A DNA stretch of 64,000 nt from Vicinamibacteria bacterium (GCA_965199715.1 OZ241322.1:2176001-2240000), one strand, 5' to 3'. Numbered from the stretch's first letter, positions 1-12,225 are shown. Translations and numbers: made by a program. The notes: generated by a model from the sequence alone, not told the origin.

Positions 1-1113
1 GAACGCCCGGCTCTACGGCTCGCTGCGGCGCAAGCACGACGAGGTGGTGGCGCTGCGCGAGCAGAGCGAGGACACCATCGAGTCGCTCGAGGAGGGCGTG
101 GCGGTCATCGACCTCGAAGGGCGCGTGATCCGCTGGAACCGCTCCATGGAGCGCATCCTCGGCCATCCCCGGCATGACGTCTTCGGGCTCGGCTTCGAGC
201 GGGCGTTCCCCCGCGAGGTGCGGCAGTCGCTCGACGCCGGGCTCGGCCGCGGCTGGCTCGAACAGGGCACCAGGGGCGGGCTGCCCCGGCTGCATCTCGG
301 GGACGAGAAGGTCGTGAACCTCAAGGTCGCGCCCTTCCTCTCCGGCGGGGGCGAGCACCACGGGGCGCTGCTCATCGTCGAGGACGTCTCGGAGCGGGCG
401 CGCATGGAGAACGAGCTCCAGTTGCGCGAGAAGATGAACGCGCTGGGCCTGCTCGCCGCCGGCATCGCCCACGAGGTGAACACCCCGCTCACCGGGATCT
501 CGAGCTTCACCCAGATGCTCCAGGACCAGACCCGCGCCCGCGATCCCCGCCGGGTGCTCCTCGACAAGATCGAGAAGCAGGCCGAGCGGGCCTCGAAGAT
601 CGTGAACGGGCTGCTCAACTTCGCCCGCCATGGGAGCTCGGAGTTCGGGGACGTGGACCTGAACCGGGTGCTCGGCGAGACGCTCTCGCTGCTCGACCAC
701 CAGGTGAGGAACGCCCGCATCCGCATTCGCCAGGAGCTGGCTCCGAACCTCCCGCCGATCCGGGGCGACGAGAACAAACTGCTGCAGGTCTTCGTAAACC
801 TCGTGGTGAACTCGTTCGACGCGATGCCGGCGGGCGGCTGGCTCACGCTGACGACGCGCAGCGACGGAGATGCGGTGGTCGCCGAAGTCGCGGACACCGG
901 GCAAGGGATCGCCGAAGAGGAAATCCGGCGCATCTACGACCCCTTCTATTCGACCAAGCGAAAGGCCGGCGGGAACGGGCTCGGCCTCTCGATCAGCTAC
1001 GGAATCGTCCAGGAGCACTCAGGAGCGATGGAAGTCGAAAGCCGACCGGGGAACGGCACGCGGTTCCTCGTCACCTTTCCGGCCGTGGTTCAGGTCGTCG
1101 AGGAGACCGGATC

Positions 1114-1117
<4 letters not shown>
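1..1117 (+). CDS. PAS-domain sensor histidine kinase (NtrB-like), 5' end outside the window
   Basis: Frame is open from base 2 (NARLY..., typical end of a GAF domain). PAS region, H-box AHEVNTPL, N-box QVFVNLVVNS, DTGQG, FYSTK, GNGLGL. Confidence 0.93.
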
Positions 1118-2522
<1,405 letters not shown>

Positions 2523-2526
<4 letters not shown>

Positions 2527-4610
2527 CCCTGCTGTTCGCGGCGCTGCTCGCCTTCGGCCAAGCCGAGCTCAGCCGGAGCGAGAAGCTGGACCGGCTCCGC
2601 CCCGAGCAACGCGCATGGCTCGAGGAGACCGTCCCCTACATCATCGCCGACCGCGAGGAGGAGGTCTTCCTCGATCTCGAGACGCTCGAGGAGCGCGAGC
2701 GGTTCATCGAGACGTTCTGGGAGAAGCGCGATCCCTTTCCGGCGACCCCCGAGAACGAGTTCCGCGACGAGCACCTGCGGCGGGTCGAGTACGCGAACCG
2801 CTTCCTCGGGCGCGAGACCTTCCGCGACGGCTGGCGGACCGACCGGGGCCGCTACTACATCATCCTCGGCGAACCCCGCGAGCGGCACTCGTTCGACGGC
2901 TACAACGAGGTGGTCTCGTCGGAACTGTGGTTCTACCAGGGCGACGTCGACAAGGGCCTCCCGTCGTTCTTCTACTTGCTGTTCTTCAAGAAGCACGACA
3001 TCGGCGAGTACGAGCTCTACCACCCCATCGTGGACGGCCCGAACGCGCTCGTGCGCGGCCAGTACCAAAGCGCCGGCGGCCCCGACGGCGCGATCCGGGC
3101 CTACGAGGTGCTGCAGCGCATCGACGCCGAGCTCGCGAACGCCTCGCTCTCGTTCGACCCCTCCGAGCCGGGCGACTGGACGTCGGGGCGCGCCTCGATG
3201 GGCAGCGACCTCGTCATCGCCCGCATCGAGGATTCGCCGCGCCGGGCGGTCCGCAGCGACTACGCCGACGCCTGGTTGCGCTACCGGGACCGCGTCTCCG
3301 CCGAGTACTCGTTCAACTTCGTCCCCAGCCGCGGGGTCTTCGGACTCACCGGCGGCCCGAAGAACACGCCGTTCGTCCACTTCGCGGTGGAGATCGATCC
3401 GCAGAACTTCACGCTGGAGACCGACGAGGACCAGACCCGCTTCTACACCACGCTCGACATCACGGTGGAGGCGGTGAACGACGAGGGCGTCCAGGTGCTC
3501 GCTATCGACCGGCCGGCGTTCCTCGAGCTGAACCGCTCGCAGGTGGACCAAGTGATCTCGTCGCCGTTCTCATACCAGGACAGCGTGCCGCTGCTGCCCG
3601 GCGCGTACGACCTGAGCGTCATCGTGCGCAACCGCGCCGCCCAGCAGTTCACCGTGCTGGAGACCCGGATCGACACCACCCGCGCCGGAGCGGCGGCCCG
3701 GCCCCGGCTCGCCGGCGTGATTCCCGGCTACGACGGAACCCGCCTGCTGGACGTCCCGGAGCCCGAAACGATCCGCACCTTCCAGGTCGGGAGCGTGCAG
3801 GTGCAGCCGGCCGCCGACGGCCTCTTCGCGCTGGGCCAGACGCTCTACGCCTTCAGCCACGTGCTGGACGCGGCGCCGGGGCACAGGGTGCGGTTCCAGC
3901 TCGTCGGCGACGAGCAGGGCGAGCGCGGCGAGCAAGTGTTCGCCGAGGTCGTGGAGACGGTCGGCGGCGGAAACGCGGTGCTCGCCCAGATGCCGCTGGA
4001 CGTGGAAGTCGGCGGCGCCTACTGGGTCGTGGCGCGCCTCGAGGACGCGGACGGCGCGGCGCTGGACTCCGCCGAGCGGCGCATCCAGGTCTCGCCCCGC
4101 GCCGGCGTGCCCCGCTCCGGGTTCGTCTATCGGCGCGGCTTCAACGCGGGAACTCCGGGCTTGCTGGCGCTCGTGCGGGGCGACCAGTTCGCGGCGCTCC
4201 AGCGCTTCGAGCCGGCGCTCGCCGAGTACGAGACCGCGGTCGCCGCCGGCAACCCCGACCTGCCGGCGGCCCAATGGAAGCTCGCGCACGGCTACCTGCG
4301 GTCAGGAAGAGTCGAGAAGGCGTCCGCGCTGCTGGAGCCCCTTCTGGAATCCCATCCCGACGTGGTGGAGGTCTCGACCGGCCTCGGCTTCGCCCGCTAC
4401 TTCCGGGGGCGCTTCGAGGAGGCGGTCACGCACCTCCAGCACGCGATCAGCCTGCGCGCTCCGAACCCGCCGCTGCTGAACATCCTCGGCGACTCGCTCG
4501 CGCGGGTGGGCCGCATCGACGAGGCGAAAGCGGCGATGGAGCGCTCACTGGAGATGGACCCGAACCAGCCGGCCCTGCGGGAGCGGCTGAAGGAGATCGC
4601 GGAGCGATGA
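2523..4610 (+). CDS. GWxTD domain protein with C-terminal TPR repeats
   Basis: Signal peptide, FWEKRDP..TPENEF, GWRTDRGRYYIILGEP motif, TPR-like helices at the C-terminus. Confidence 0.9.
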
Positions 4611-5028
4611 CGCACCCGGTCGAAGGTTCGCTCCGCATGCTCCAGCGGAGCCGCGAATATCTCGGCAGCGATCTCGCCCGCGAGAACCACGACCTTCGGC
4701 GGACGTTCGGGCTCTCTCCGCCCTGAAGGGCTTCTCGCTCACCATGTCGGTCGCCGTCAAGGCCATGCGGCAAGACATGGCCGATCGGGCGGACTGCACG
4801 GACGTCTTCCACTGGTCGGACCTGAGCGACCAGTTCCGACAAGCAGCCGACTGCGGCCTCATCCGGGGCGTCGAGCCGTTCCTCCGCTACCGGGACGTGA
4901 TCATCCAGAACGCCCGCAGCATGGGCCTCGATGCGCAGGCCGGGGCGGTGCTCCCGATCGTGGACGAGTTCATCGAGGAAGTCGGGTATTTGCTGGAGCG
5001 AGTCAAGCCGCGTCCTTCGCGACCGTGA
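4607..5028 (+). pseudogene. HI0074-like nucleotidyltransferase substrate-binding (HEPN) protein, frameshifted
   Basis: ATG 4607 overlaps the upstream stop. Removing one CT from CTCTCTCC (~4712-4719) joins it to ORF 4744-5028, giving ...SALKGFSLTMSVAVKAMR...DQFRQAADCGLI...FLRYRD...LPIVDEFIEEVGYLLERVK, which follows the HI0074 pattern. Confidence 0.6.
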
Positions 5029-5039
5029 ACCGGCCGGAG

Positions 5040-5715
5040 CACTCCCCGGTCCTCGATTTCGCGGCGCGGCCGGAAGCGGTCGCCGCCGCTGAAGCCGCCC
5101 GGCTCGGCTACGGGCACTGTCCGACCCGCCGCCGGCCACCCAGATCTCCTCGGTCGATCCGCTCCCGCACCAGCGCATCGCGGTGTCCGACCACATGATC
5201 CGCCAGTCGCCGCGGCGGTTCCTGCTGGCCGACGACGCGGGCGCGGGCAAGACGATCATGACCGGCCTGCATCTCCGGGAGGCGCTGGCCCGCAAGCTGA
5301 TCCAGCGGATCCTCGTCGTTCCGCCGGCGGGACTCGTCGGCAACTGGGAGCGGGAGATGCGGACGCTGTTCCGGCTTCCCTTCCGTATCGTCTCGGGCGC
5401 CGACGCTCGAGACGACAATCCGTTCGCCGGGCCGGAGAGCGACCGGATCATCGTCAGCCTCGACACCCCTCGCGGCGACCGGCCGTTCGAGCGGCCGCGC
5501 GACGCGGCCCCCTACGACCTCGTGGTCTTCGACGAGGCGCACGAGCTGGCGGCGCGCCGGGACCGGAACCGCATCGAGAAGACCGGCCGCTACCAGCTCG
5601 CCGAGGCGCTCGCCGGCGCTCCCGTCAAGGACGCGCGGTGGCGGCTCGGTTGGTCGGCGACGAACCTCCTGCTGCTGACCGCGACCCCGCACATGGGAAA
5701 GGACTTCCCGTACCT
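5040..5715 (+). pseudogene. SNF2/DEAH-box helicase N-terminal fragment (defence-associated, DrmD-like class)
   Basis: DPLPHQRIAV, FLLADDAGAGKT, VVFDEAH, LLLLTATPH. Frameshift near 5117. Helicase C-terminal domain absent. Confidence 0.85.
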
Positions 5716-5910
5716 CTCAAGCGCGAGCGGGAGATCCCGGAAAAAGCGGCGGCCTGGTTCGCCCGGGAGACCATCTCCGCGGGTGGAGGTTCATGAAGGC
5801 GCAACGGGCCGAGTGTCCGATCGCCATGATGGCCCGCGTCCTGAAGGTCTCGAGGAGCGGGCGCTACGGGTGGCTGGGGCGCGAGCCGTCCTCGCGGGAG
5901 CGGGCGGACA
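5716..5910 (+). mobile_element. IS3-family remnant (orfA end / orfB start)
   Basis: LKREREIPEKAAAWFARET (orfA end, with GAAAAAG slippery-site-like run ~5740-5746), then MKAQRAECPIAMMARVLKVSRSGRYGW..REPSSR (orfB start, ATG 5793). Confidence 0.8.
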
Positions 5911-5911
5911 C

Positions 5912-6166
5912 GGACTGCCCTTCGGACTCACCGTCGGCCACAACCCGACCGTGTTCAGCGCGTCCGCCGGGCTGGAGTTCCAGTTCGACTCGTTCGTCGT
6001 GCGGCCGCGCCTCGACGCCGTCCACGTGCGGTCGCGCTCCACCCGCTTCGAACGTCACGGTCCCGCTGTCGCTGCCCGATTTCGAGCCGCCGTCCGTGAT
6101 CTCGAGGACGAGATCCGGCCGTGGATCTTCATGATCGGGCTGGACGTCGGGTTTCGGGCGCCGTAA
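5912..6166 (+). pseudogene. C-terminal fragment of a probable outer-membrane beta-barrel protein
   Basis: Amphipathic beta pattern (SASAGLEFQF, VVRPRLD, WIFMIGLDVGF). No start of its own. Confidence 0.35.
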
Positions 6167-6172
6167 CCGCCT

Positions 6173-6874
6173 TCAATCCGAGGCGAGCCGGGCGCGCAGG
6201 TCCCGCCCGGCCGCCTCGAGCGCGTCCTCCCGGTCGCAGTCGAGCGTGATCCGGGTTCCCCAGGACTGGGGATAGGAACCGATCTCCACTTCCGGGTGCG
6301 CCGCCACGACCGCGTCCAGCGTGGGGATCAGGCGCTCCTCGCCGACCTCCACGTCGATGGAGTCGGACCGCCACGGCGGCCCCGCCGGAAGGAACGCCTC
6401 GACGAAGGCGAGCTTCCGCTCGAACGCCGCGGGAAGACCCGGCAGGATCCAGACGTTGCGCATGGCGACGACCGGCCATGCGCCCGGACTGCCGATCATG
6501 CGGGATCCGACCGGCGCCCGGGCGAGGTCGCGATGGCTCCGCCCGAACCCGCGCTCCTCAAGCGCCCGAAGGATCTCGGGGGCGTGGCGGACTTCGGCCC
6601 CGAACGCCTGCGCCACCCCGGCGATCGTCACGTCGTCATGGGTGCCGCCCACGCCGCCCGACGTGAACACGACGTCATGGCCCTCGCTCATCGCCCGGAC
6701 CTCCGCGGCGATGACTTCGGGATCGTCCCCGATCGTGACCGTGCGGCGGAGCTCCACGCCCATCTTCCGCAGCAGCGCGGCGAGGCTGCGCGTGTTCGTG
6801 TCGGCGATCTTCCCCGACAGGATCTCGTTGCCGATGACGACGAGCGCCGCCGTCTTTCGCGCGGTTCCGCTCAC
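6173..6874 (-). CDS. Molybdopterin-binding / CinA N-terminal-like protein
   Basis: VVIGNEILSGKIADTN, FTSGGVGGTHDDVT, LPGLP, IGSYP. GTG 6874 overlaps the upstream stop. Confidence 0.88.
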   Translation of the reverse strand: MSGTARKTAALVVIGNEILSGKIADTNTRSLAALLRKMGVELRRTVTIGDDPEVIAAEVRAMSEGHDVVFTSGGVGGTHDDVTIAGVAQAFGAEVRHAPEILRALEERGFGRSHRDLARAPVGSRMIGSPGAWPVVAMRNVWILPGLPAAFERKLAFVEAFLPAGPPWRSDSIDVEVGEERLIPTLDAVVAAHPEVEIGSYPQSWGTRITLDCDREDALEAAGRDLRARLASD

Positions 6875-7653
6875 GGCTCGGCGACGAGGTAGGCGATCCA
6901 CGTCTCGTCCGGCGAACCGGTCTCGACCTCCTCGAACCGGCCGTTGCCGTCGCCGTTCTCGTCTGCCCCCTCCCACAGGAGCCGGACCCGGGCGAAGCCG
7001 GCCTCGTCGAGGATCTCCCGAAGCTCGGGCAGCGTCCAGAAGCGCCACGAGTAGCGGAACGCGTTCCGCATGCGGCTCCCGTCGGGAAACCGGTAGTGGA
7101 TCGCGCAGTCCATGTGGCCGCTGACCGGGTCGTAGGCGACCTGGTCCCAGATGAACTGGAAGCCACGTTCGTCCCGGGCGTACTCCTTTTCCTCGTGGCA
7201 GTCGGAGCCGCCGTAGGCGTCGATGAAGAAGAGCCCGCCCGGGTTGAGCGCCTCGCGCGCCTGGCGGAAGTACCGGCGCATCAGCGGGCGGGTCTCGAAG
7301 ATCCAGTAGCTGAAGTTGGTGGCGGCGATCACGTCCGCCGGTTCCTCGCCGTCCAGCGCGTCCGATTCGACGAGGCGGATCCGCGACCGCGCGTCCGGCT
7401 CGAGCGCGGCGACGTTGCGCTCGCGCCCCCACGCGAGCGGCTCCGGGTCGAGGTCCACGCCTACCGCGGTCCGCTCGGCGCCCCCGGCGACGAACTCGCA
7501 CGCGAGCGCGGCGGTTCCGCAGAAGTCCTCCCGCAGCGAGCGGGGCTCCCGGCCGCGGATGCGGCCGTACTCGGCGGCGATCAGCGCCGCGTCGGCGGGG
7601 GCGTCCTGCACCGAGCGCTGGTAGAGGTCGTAGCGGTCGGCGCGGCCCGCCAT
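6871..7653 (-). CDS. Class I SAM-dependent methyltransferase
   Basis: YDLYQRSVQ, LREDFCGTA, GVDLD, NFSY, LNPGGLFFIDAYGG. Confidence 0.85.
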   Translation of the reverse strand: MAGRADRYDLYQRSVQDAPADAALIAAEYGRIRGREPRSLREDFCGTAALACEFVAGGAERTAVGVDLDPEPLAWGRERNVAALEPDARSRIRLVESDALDGEEPADVIAATNFSYWIFETRPLMRRYFRQAREALNPGGLFFIDAYGGSDCHEEKEYARDERGFQFIWDQVAYDPVSGHMDCAIHYRFPDGSRMRNAFRYSWRFWTLPELREILDEAGFARVRLLWEGADENGDGNGRFEEVETGSPDETWIAYLVAEP

Positions 7654-7706
7654 GCTGCGCGCCGCGGCCTGCGGGTCGAGGAACCGCCCGGAATCGGGCA
7701 CCGGGG

Positions 7707-8105
7707 CTAATGGAGCCGCGCCGGTCGGCTCAGGGTGAAGGGGGCGACTTCGACCCGGAAGCGCTCGCCGTCCACCTTCTCCATCAGGTACGAGCCGCGC
7801 ATCAACCCGACGGGGGCCTTCAGCGGGCACCACGACGAGTACTCGAACCGCTCGCCCGGACCGAGCCACGGCTGGGTTCCCACCACCCCCGAGCCCCGGA
7901 CCTCCTCCACATGGTCGCTTCCGTGCTCGATGATCCAGTGGCGGCTCACCAACTTCACGACGTCGGCGGACTCGTTGGTGATCTCGATGTCGTACTGGAA
8001 GAGCCAGACCGGCTCCGGCGTGCGCTGGGTTTCGCGGTAGCGGGCCGCGACTTCCACGCGGATGTCGTGGGTCGTGGCGGTCGAAGTGAACGTGTCCCGA
8101 AGCAC
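7707..8105 (-). CDS. apaG: ApaG protein
   Basis: FQYDIEITN, KLVSRHWII, EEVRGSGVVG.QP, FEYSSWCPL..P.G.M.GSY. Start 8105 chosen from the TAGGAT -10 element (alternative 8147). Confidence 0.92.
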   Translation of the reverse strand: MLRDTFTSTATTHDIRVEVAARYRETQRTPEPVWLFQYDIEITNESADVVKLVSRHWIIEHGSDHVEEVRGSGVVGTQPWLGPGERFEYSSWCPLKAPVGLMRGSYLMEKVDGERFRVEVAPFTLSRPARLH

Positions 8106-8160
8106 CGTTTCGCATCCTAGCACGGCCCCATCGGCCCGAACGGTCACAATGGCGGCGCTC

Positions 8161-8403
8161 TCATGGCCTTCGCTCCGCCGCGTGCCGACCGCCGGCGGCG
8201 GCCAGCGCGAGCAGCCACCCCACGACGAAATCGTCGAGGAGCCCCACCGGCAGGAACGGATCGGGCAGCATGTCCACCGGCAGGATCAGGTACCCGAGGA
8301 TCCCGGCGACGAGAAGGCGCACCTTCCACGGCGTGGACGGGGCGAAGAGCAGCCACGGCGACTTCGCGAGGACGGCGAGCGCTCGCAGGATGCGGTTCCG
8401 CAT
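8161..8403 (-). CDS. YkvA/DUF1232-family small membrane protein
   Basis: TPWKVRLL...GYLILPVDMLPD..PVGLLDD. Confidence 0.8.
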   Translation of the reverse strand: MRNRILRALAVLAKSPWLLFAPSTPWKVRLLVAGILGYLILPVDMLPDPFLPVGLLDDFVVGWLLALAAAGGRHAAERRP

Positions 8404-10264
8404 GAACCCCCGGATGCTACGCCGGGCGCTCGTCGCCGTCCTCGCCTGCTCGCCGGCGTCGGGCGGCGAGAAGCTCATGGTGCTGGCGGTGGACGGCGGG
8501 GGGCAGGCGCTCGTGTCCGGCTACCTCCGCGAAGGGGCGCTGCCGGCCTTCCAGCGTCTCGCCGCCGAAGGCGCGCTTTCCGACGGCTTGATCCCGGCCT
8601 TCCCGTCGAAGACCGCGGCGTCGTTCGCGATGGCCTGGACCGGGCAGCCGCCGCGCGTCAACGGCGTGACCGGGAACTCCGTGCTCCGCACTCCGGCCAG
8701 CGCCCACTCGCTGCTCGAGACCGAGGACGGGTTCTCCGCGGAAGTTCTCCGCGTGGATCCGCTCTGGACGAGGGTCGCCCGGAGCGGCCGCCGGGCAGTC
8801 GCGCTCCACACGACGCATTCGTGGCCGTTCGAGGCCTCGCTCGGCGACCTCCCGCCCGACGTCCGCGACCGCCTGCACCTCCTCACCGGGTACGCCGGAG
8901 CGCGCCTCGCCCCCGAGACGATCACCCGCGCTCCGGGCGGCGAATTCGCGTTCGCGGTGGGGGACAGCCGCTTCCTCGGGCGCTTCTTCGACGACCCGGC
9001 GGACCCGGCGTCCGGCTGGGACGCGCTCGCCGTCCGCGCCGAGGACGGGGGGCCGTGGCTGGCGCGGGTCGGGGTTGGACCCGAGGGCGGCTTCTCGTCC
9101 CGTATCGCGGCGCTCGTCGGCGACGTCCGCGTGGAGTTCCGGGTCCGCGCCTTCGAGGCCGATCCGGCGACCGGCGAGGTCGTCGCGTTCCGGACCGGCG
9201 CGAGCGCGGTCGCCATGCGCCCCGGGTTTCGGGAGCGTCTCGGCGAACCGGCGTGGTCGCGGACGCTCGGCGCGGCGGAAACCGCCTCGGGACGCCTCGG
9301 CCCACCGTTCGGCGAGGCCGCGCAGCCGCGCCTCCGCGAAATCATGGGCCGCGTCGCCGACGACGCGCTCGAGCACCTCGAGGCCGCGGCGGCGATCCCC
9401 GACTGGGATTTCCTCGCGCTCTACCTGCCGGTGGCCGACGAGGCGGGCCACCTCCTGCACGGCTACCTCGACGAGCGGCTCGATCCCGACCCGGAGATCG
9501 CGGCCGCGGTCCGACCGACCCTCGAGGCGGCGTTCGGCGAAGTCGATCGGGTTCTCGACCGCATGCTCGGGATCGCCCGGGAGCACGGCGCGCACGTCAT
9601 CGTCTTCGCCGATCACGGCATGGCCGGAACGGACCGGATGGTCCACCTCAACGAGGCGCTGGAGCGCGCCGGCCTCCTCGAGTTCGGATCGGACGGGCTT
9701 CCCGATCTCGCCCGAACGACCGCCATGCTGCTCACCACCGGCGACGGCAGCGTGGCGCTGAACCGCGTCAGCCGTCCCTCGGGGATCGTCGCGCCGGACG
9801 AAGAGGCCGGGGCGTGGCGGGCGGTCGAGGAGGCGCTCCTCGCCATCCGCCACGAGGGAGAGCCGGTCGTGACCGGCTTCCTGCGGCCGGTCGCGGCCCC
9901 CGGGCCGGGGTTCGTCTTTCCCGGCGGCGACTCCACCGGCGAGCTCTTCCCGCTGCTGCGCTCCGGCTTCCTCTCCTCGCCGCGCCCAGCGGAGACGATC
10001 GTGACGACGATTCGCCCGGCGGGGAGCCACGGCTTCGTGCCCACGCGGCGCGACATGCAAGGCGTGTTCGCCGCGTGGGGGCCGCGCATCGCCCCGGGCT
10101 CGCGCTGGCCCCGGGCGAGCGCGCTCGACGTGACTCCGACGGCGCTCGACCTCATGGGGCTGCCGCCCGATCCGGCGCTGTCCGGGCGCTCGCTCCTCGA
10201 TGTCGCGCCGCTCGTCGAGCCGACCGGCCGGCGGACGGGAACGGGATCTCCGCGCGGACGTTGA
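8402..10264 (+). CDS. Alkaline phosphatase superfamily nucleotide pyrophosphatase/phosphodiesterase, secreted
   Basis: VLAVDG, PAFPSKT (Thr nucleophile), ADEAGH, ADHGM, GSHG, DVTPT. Start 8402 or 8414. Confidence 0.85.
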   Translation: MNPRMLRRALVAVLACSPASGGEKLMVLAVDGGGQALVSGYLREGALPAFQRLAAEGALSDGLIPAFPSKTAASFAMAWTGQPPRVNGVTGNSVLRTPASAHSLLETEDGFSAEVLRVDPLWTRVARSGRRAVALHTTHSWPFEASLGDLPPDVRDRLHLLTGYAGARLAPETITRAPGGEFAFAVGDSRFLGRFFDDPADPASGWDALAVRAEDGGPWLARVGVGPEGGFSSRIAALVGDVRVEFRVRAFEADPATGEVVAFRTGASAVAMRPGFRERLGEPAWSRTLGAAETASGRLGPPFGEAAQPRLREIMGRVADDALEHLEAAAAIPDWDFLALYLPVADEAGHLLHGYLDERLDPDPEIAAAVRPTLEAAFGEVDRVLDRMLGIAREHGAHVIVFADHGMAGTDRMVHLNEALERAGLLEFGSDGLPDLARTTAMLLTTGDGSVALNRVSRPSGIVAPDEEAGAWRAVEEALLAIRHEGEPVVTGFLRPVAAPGPGFVFPGGDSTGELFPLLRSGFLSSPRPAETIVTTIRPAGSHGFVPTRRDMQGVFAAWGPRIAPGSRWPRASALDVTPTALDLMGLPPDPALSGRSLLDVAPLVEPTGRRTGTGSPRGR

Positions 10265-11526
10265 TGACCCCGATGGACGTGGCGCGGGAAGGCGTGGCCG
10301 CGGCCCGCCGCCGGCGCCGGATCGCGCTCGGAGCCGGGGGCGGCGTCGTCGTCGCGGCGGCCTTCGCCTTCGTGCTCCGCCTCGATCCGGCGGCGCCGAC
10401 CGCGAACCGGGACGCGCTCTTCCTCGGCGCCGTGCGGCGCGGCGAGATGGTGCGCACGGTGCGGGCTGCCGGCGCGCTGCTGCCGGTCGAGTCGCGCTGG
10501 GTGAGCGCCGGGACCGGCGGGGACGTGAGCCGCACGCTGTTGCTTCCCGGGGCTCGGGTGGAGCCCGACAGCGTGATTCTCACGCTCGAGGATCCGGTCG
10601 TCGAGCAGGCGCACCGAGACGCCGAGCTGTTCCTCGCCGGCCTCGAGGCCGACCTGGAGGACCTGCGGGTCCGCAGCCGCCGGGATCTGCTCCAGGAGCG
10701 CGCCCGGCTCGCGACGCTCGAGTCGGAAGCCCGGCAGGCCGAGCTCGCCGCCGAGGCGGACGCCGAAATCCACCGCGAGGGGATCATCGGGAGCATCCAG
10801 CTCGAGACGAGCCGGCTCACCGCCGCCGAGATGCGCGAGCGGGTGCGGCTCGGAGAAGAGGCCCTCGCGGCGGCCGAGGCCGAGTCCGCGGCCCGGATCG
10901 AGGCCCAGGAGGCGCGCGTCGAGGGAGTGCGCGCCACCCTCGCTGGGAGCCGGATCCAACTCGACGCGTTGACGGTGCGGGCCGGATTCGCCGGCGTGCT
11001 CCAGGAAGTGGCCGTGGCCGTCGGGGAGCGGGTGGAGTCGGGGGCGCGGCTCGCGCGGGTCGCGGAGCCGTCCAAGCTGAAGGCGGAACTTCGGGTCGCC
11101 GAGGTCCAGGCCGGCGACGTCGAGGTGGGCCAGCCGGTCCGGGTGGACACGCGCAACGGCGTGGTTCCCGGCCGGGTGAGCCGCGTGGATCCGGCGGTCC
11201 GGGAGGGCGTGGTGCGGGTGGACGTGGCCCTTCTCGAGGATCCGCCGCCCGGAGCCCGCGCCGATCTCGCGGTCGATGGCCTCATCGAGGTGGAGCGCAT
11301 CCCGGACGCGCTGCACATGGAACGCCCGGCGCTCGGGCGGGAGGGCGACCGCGTCGAGCTGTTCCGCGTGTCCGAGGACGGGCTGGCCGGCGTCCGCACC
11401 CCGGTGCTCCTGGGGCGAACGTCCGTCGGCCTCGTCGAGGTCGTCTCCGGGCTGCGGGAGGGCGACGTGGTCGTCCTGTCCGATACTTCCGCATGGAGCG
11501 GCCACGACCGCATCCGCGTCCGCTGA
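10264..11526 (+). CDS. HlyD/MacA-family efflux periplasmic adaptor
   Basis: N-terminal TM, VRRGEMVRTVRAAGALLP, coiled coil, VRAGFAGVLQ, GRVSRVDPAV, SGLREGDVV. Confidence 0.88.
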   Translation: MTPMDVAREGVAAARRRRRIALGAGGGVVVAAAFAFVLRLDPAAPTANRDALFLGAVRRGEMVRTVRAAGALLPVESRWVSAGTGGDVSRTLLLPGARVEPDSVILTLEDPVVEQAHRDAELFLAGLEADLEDLRVRSRRDLLQERARLATLESEARQAELAAEADAEIHREGIIGSIQLETSRLTAAEMRERVRLGEEALAAAEAESAARIEAQEARVEGVRATLAGSRIQLDALTVRAGFAGVLQEVAVAVGERVESGARLARVAEPSKLKAELRVAEVQAGDVEVGQPVRVDTRNGVVPGRVSRVDPAVREGVVRVDVALLEDPPPGARADLAVDGLIEVERIPDALHMERPALGREGDRVELFRVSEDGLAGVRTPVLLGRTSVGLVEVVSGLREGDVVVLSDTSAWSGHDRIRVR

Positions 11527-11541
11527 ACGAGGGAGCCCGAC

Positions 11542-12225
11542 GTGAGCGAACCGATCATCCGCCTCACCGGCGTGAGCCGCATCTTCACGACCGACGAGGT
11601 GGAGACCCACGCGCTCGCGGAGGTCGATCTGGACGTCCACGCGGGCGAGTACGTGGCCATCGCCGGGCCGTCCGGCTGCGGGAAGTCCACGCTGCTGTCC
11701 ATCCTCGGGCTTCTCGACACGCCGAACTCCGGCGTGTACCTGCTGAACCAGAAGTCGGTCGCGGGGCTGGGAGCGGCCGAGCGGGCGCGGATCCGCAACC
11801 GCGAGGTGGGGTTCGTCTTCCAGGCGTTCAACTTGATCGGCGACCTGACCGTCGCCGAGAACGTGGAGCTGCCGCTCGTGTATCGGGGCGCACGGTCCGC
11901 CGACCGCAAGCGGCGCACCGCCGAGGCGCTCGAGCGGGTGGGGATGTCCCACCGCGCCGGGCACTACCCGTCGCAGCTCTCGGGCGGGCAGCAGCAGCGG
12001 GCGGCGGTGGCGCGGGCCGTCGTCGGCGAACCCTCCATCCTGCTCGCCGACGAGCCCACCGGGAACCTCGATTCGACCAACGGAACCGAGGTCATGGACA
12101 TCCTCGACGGCCTCCACGAGGCCGGAGCGACCATCTGCATGGTCACCCACGACCCCCGCTACGCCGACCGGGCGCAGCGGACCGTCCGGCTCTTCGACGG
12201 GCGGATCGTCCCGCCCGCCGCCTGA
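11542..12225 (+). CDS. MacB/LolD-like ABC transporter ATP-binding subunit
   Basis: GPSGCGKST, LSGGQQQR, LADEPTGNLD, MVTHD. Confidence 0.95.
   Translation: MSEPIIRLTGVSRIFTTDEVETHALAEVDLDVHAGEYVAIAGPSGCGKSTLLSILGLLDTPNSGVYLLNQKSVAGLGAAERARIRNREVGFVFQAFNLIGDLTVAENVELPLVYRGARSADRKRRTAEALERVGMSHRAGHYPSQLSGGQQQRAAVARAVVGEPSILLADEPTGNLDSTNGTEVMDILDGLHEAGATICMVTHDPRYADRAQRTVRLFDGRIVPPAA

Noticed and set aside
8401-8404. Shared CATG serving as start codon for two divergent genes
   Set aside because: The phosphodiesterase could equally start at 8414. It cannot be resolved from sequence and may be coincidence.
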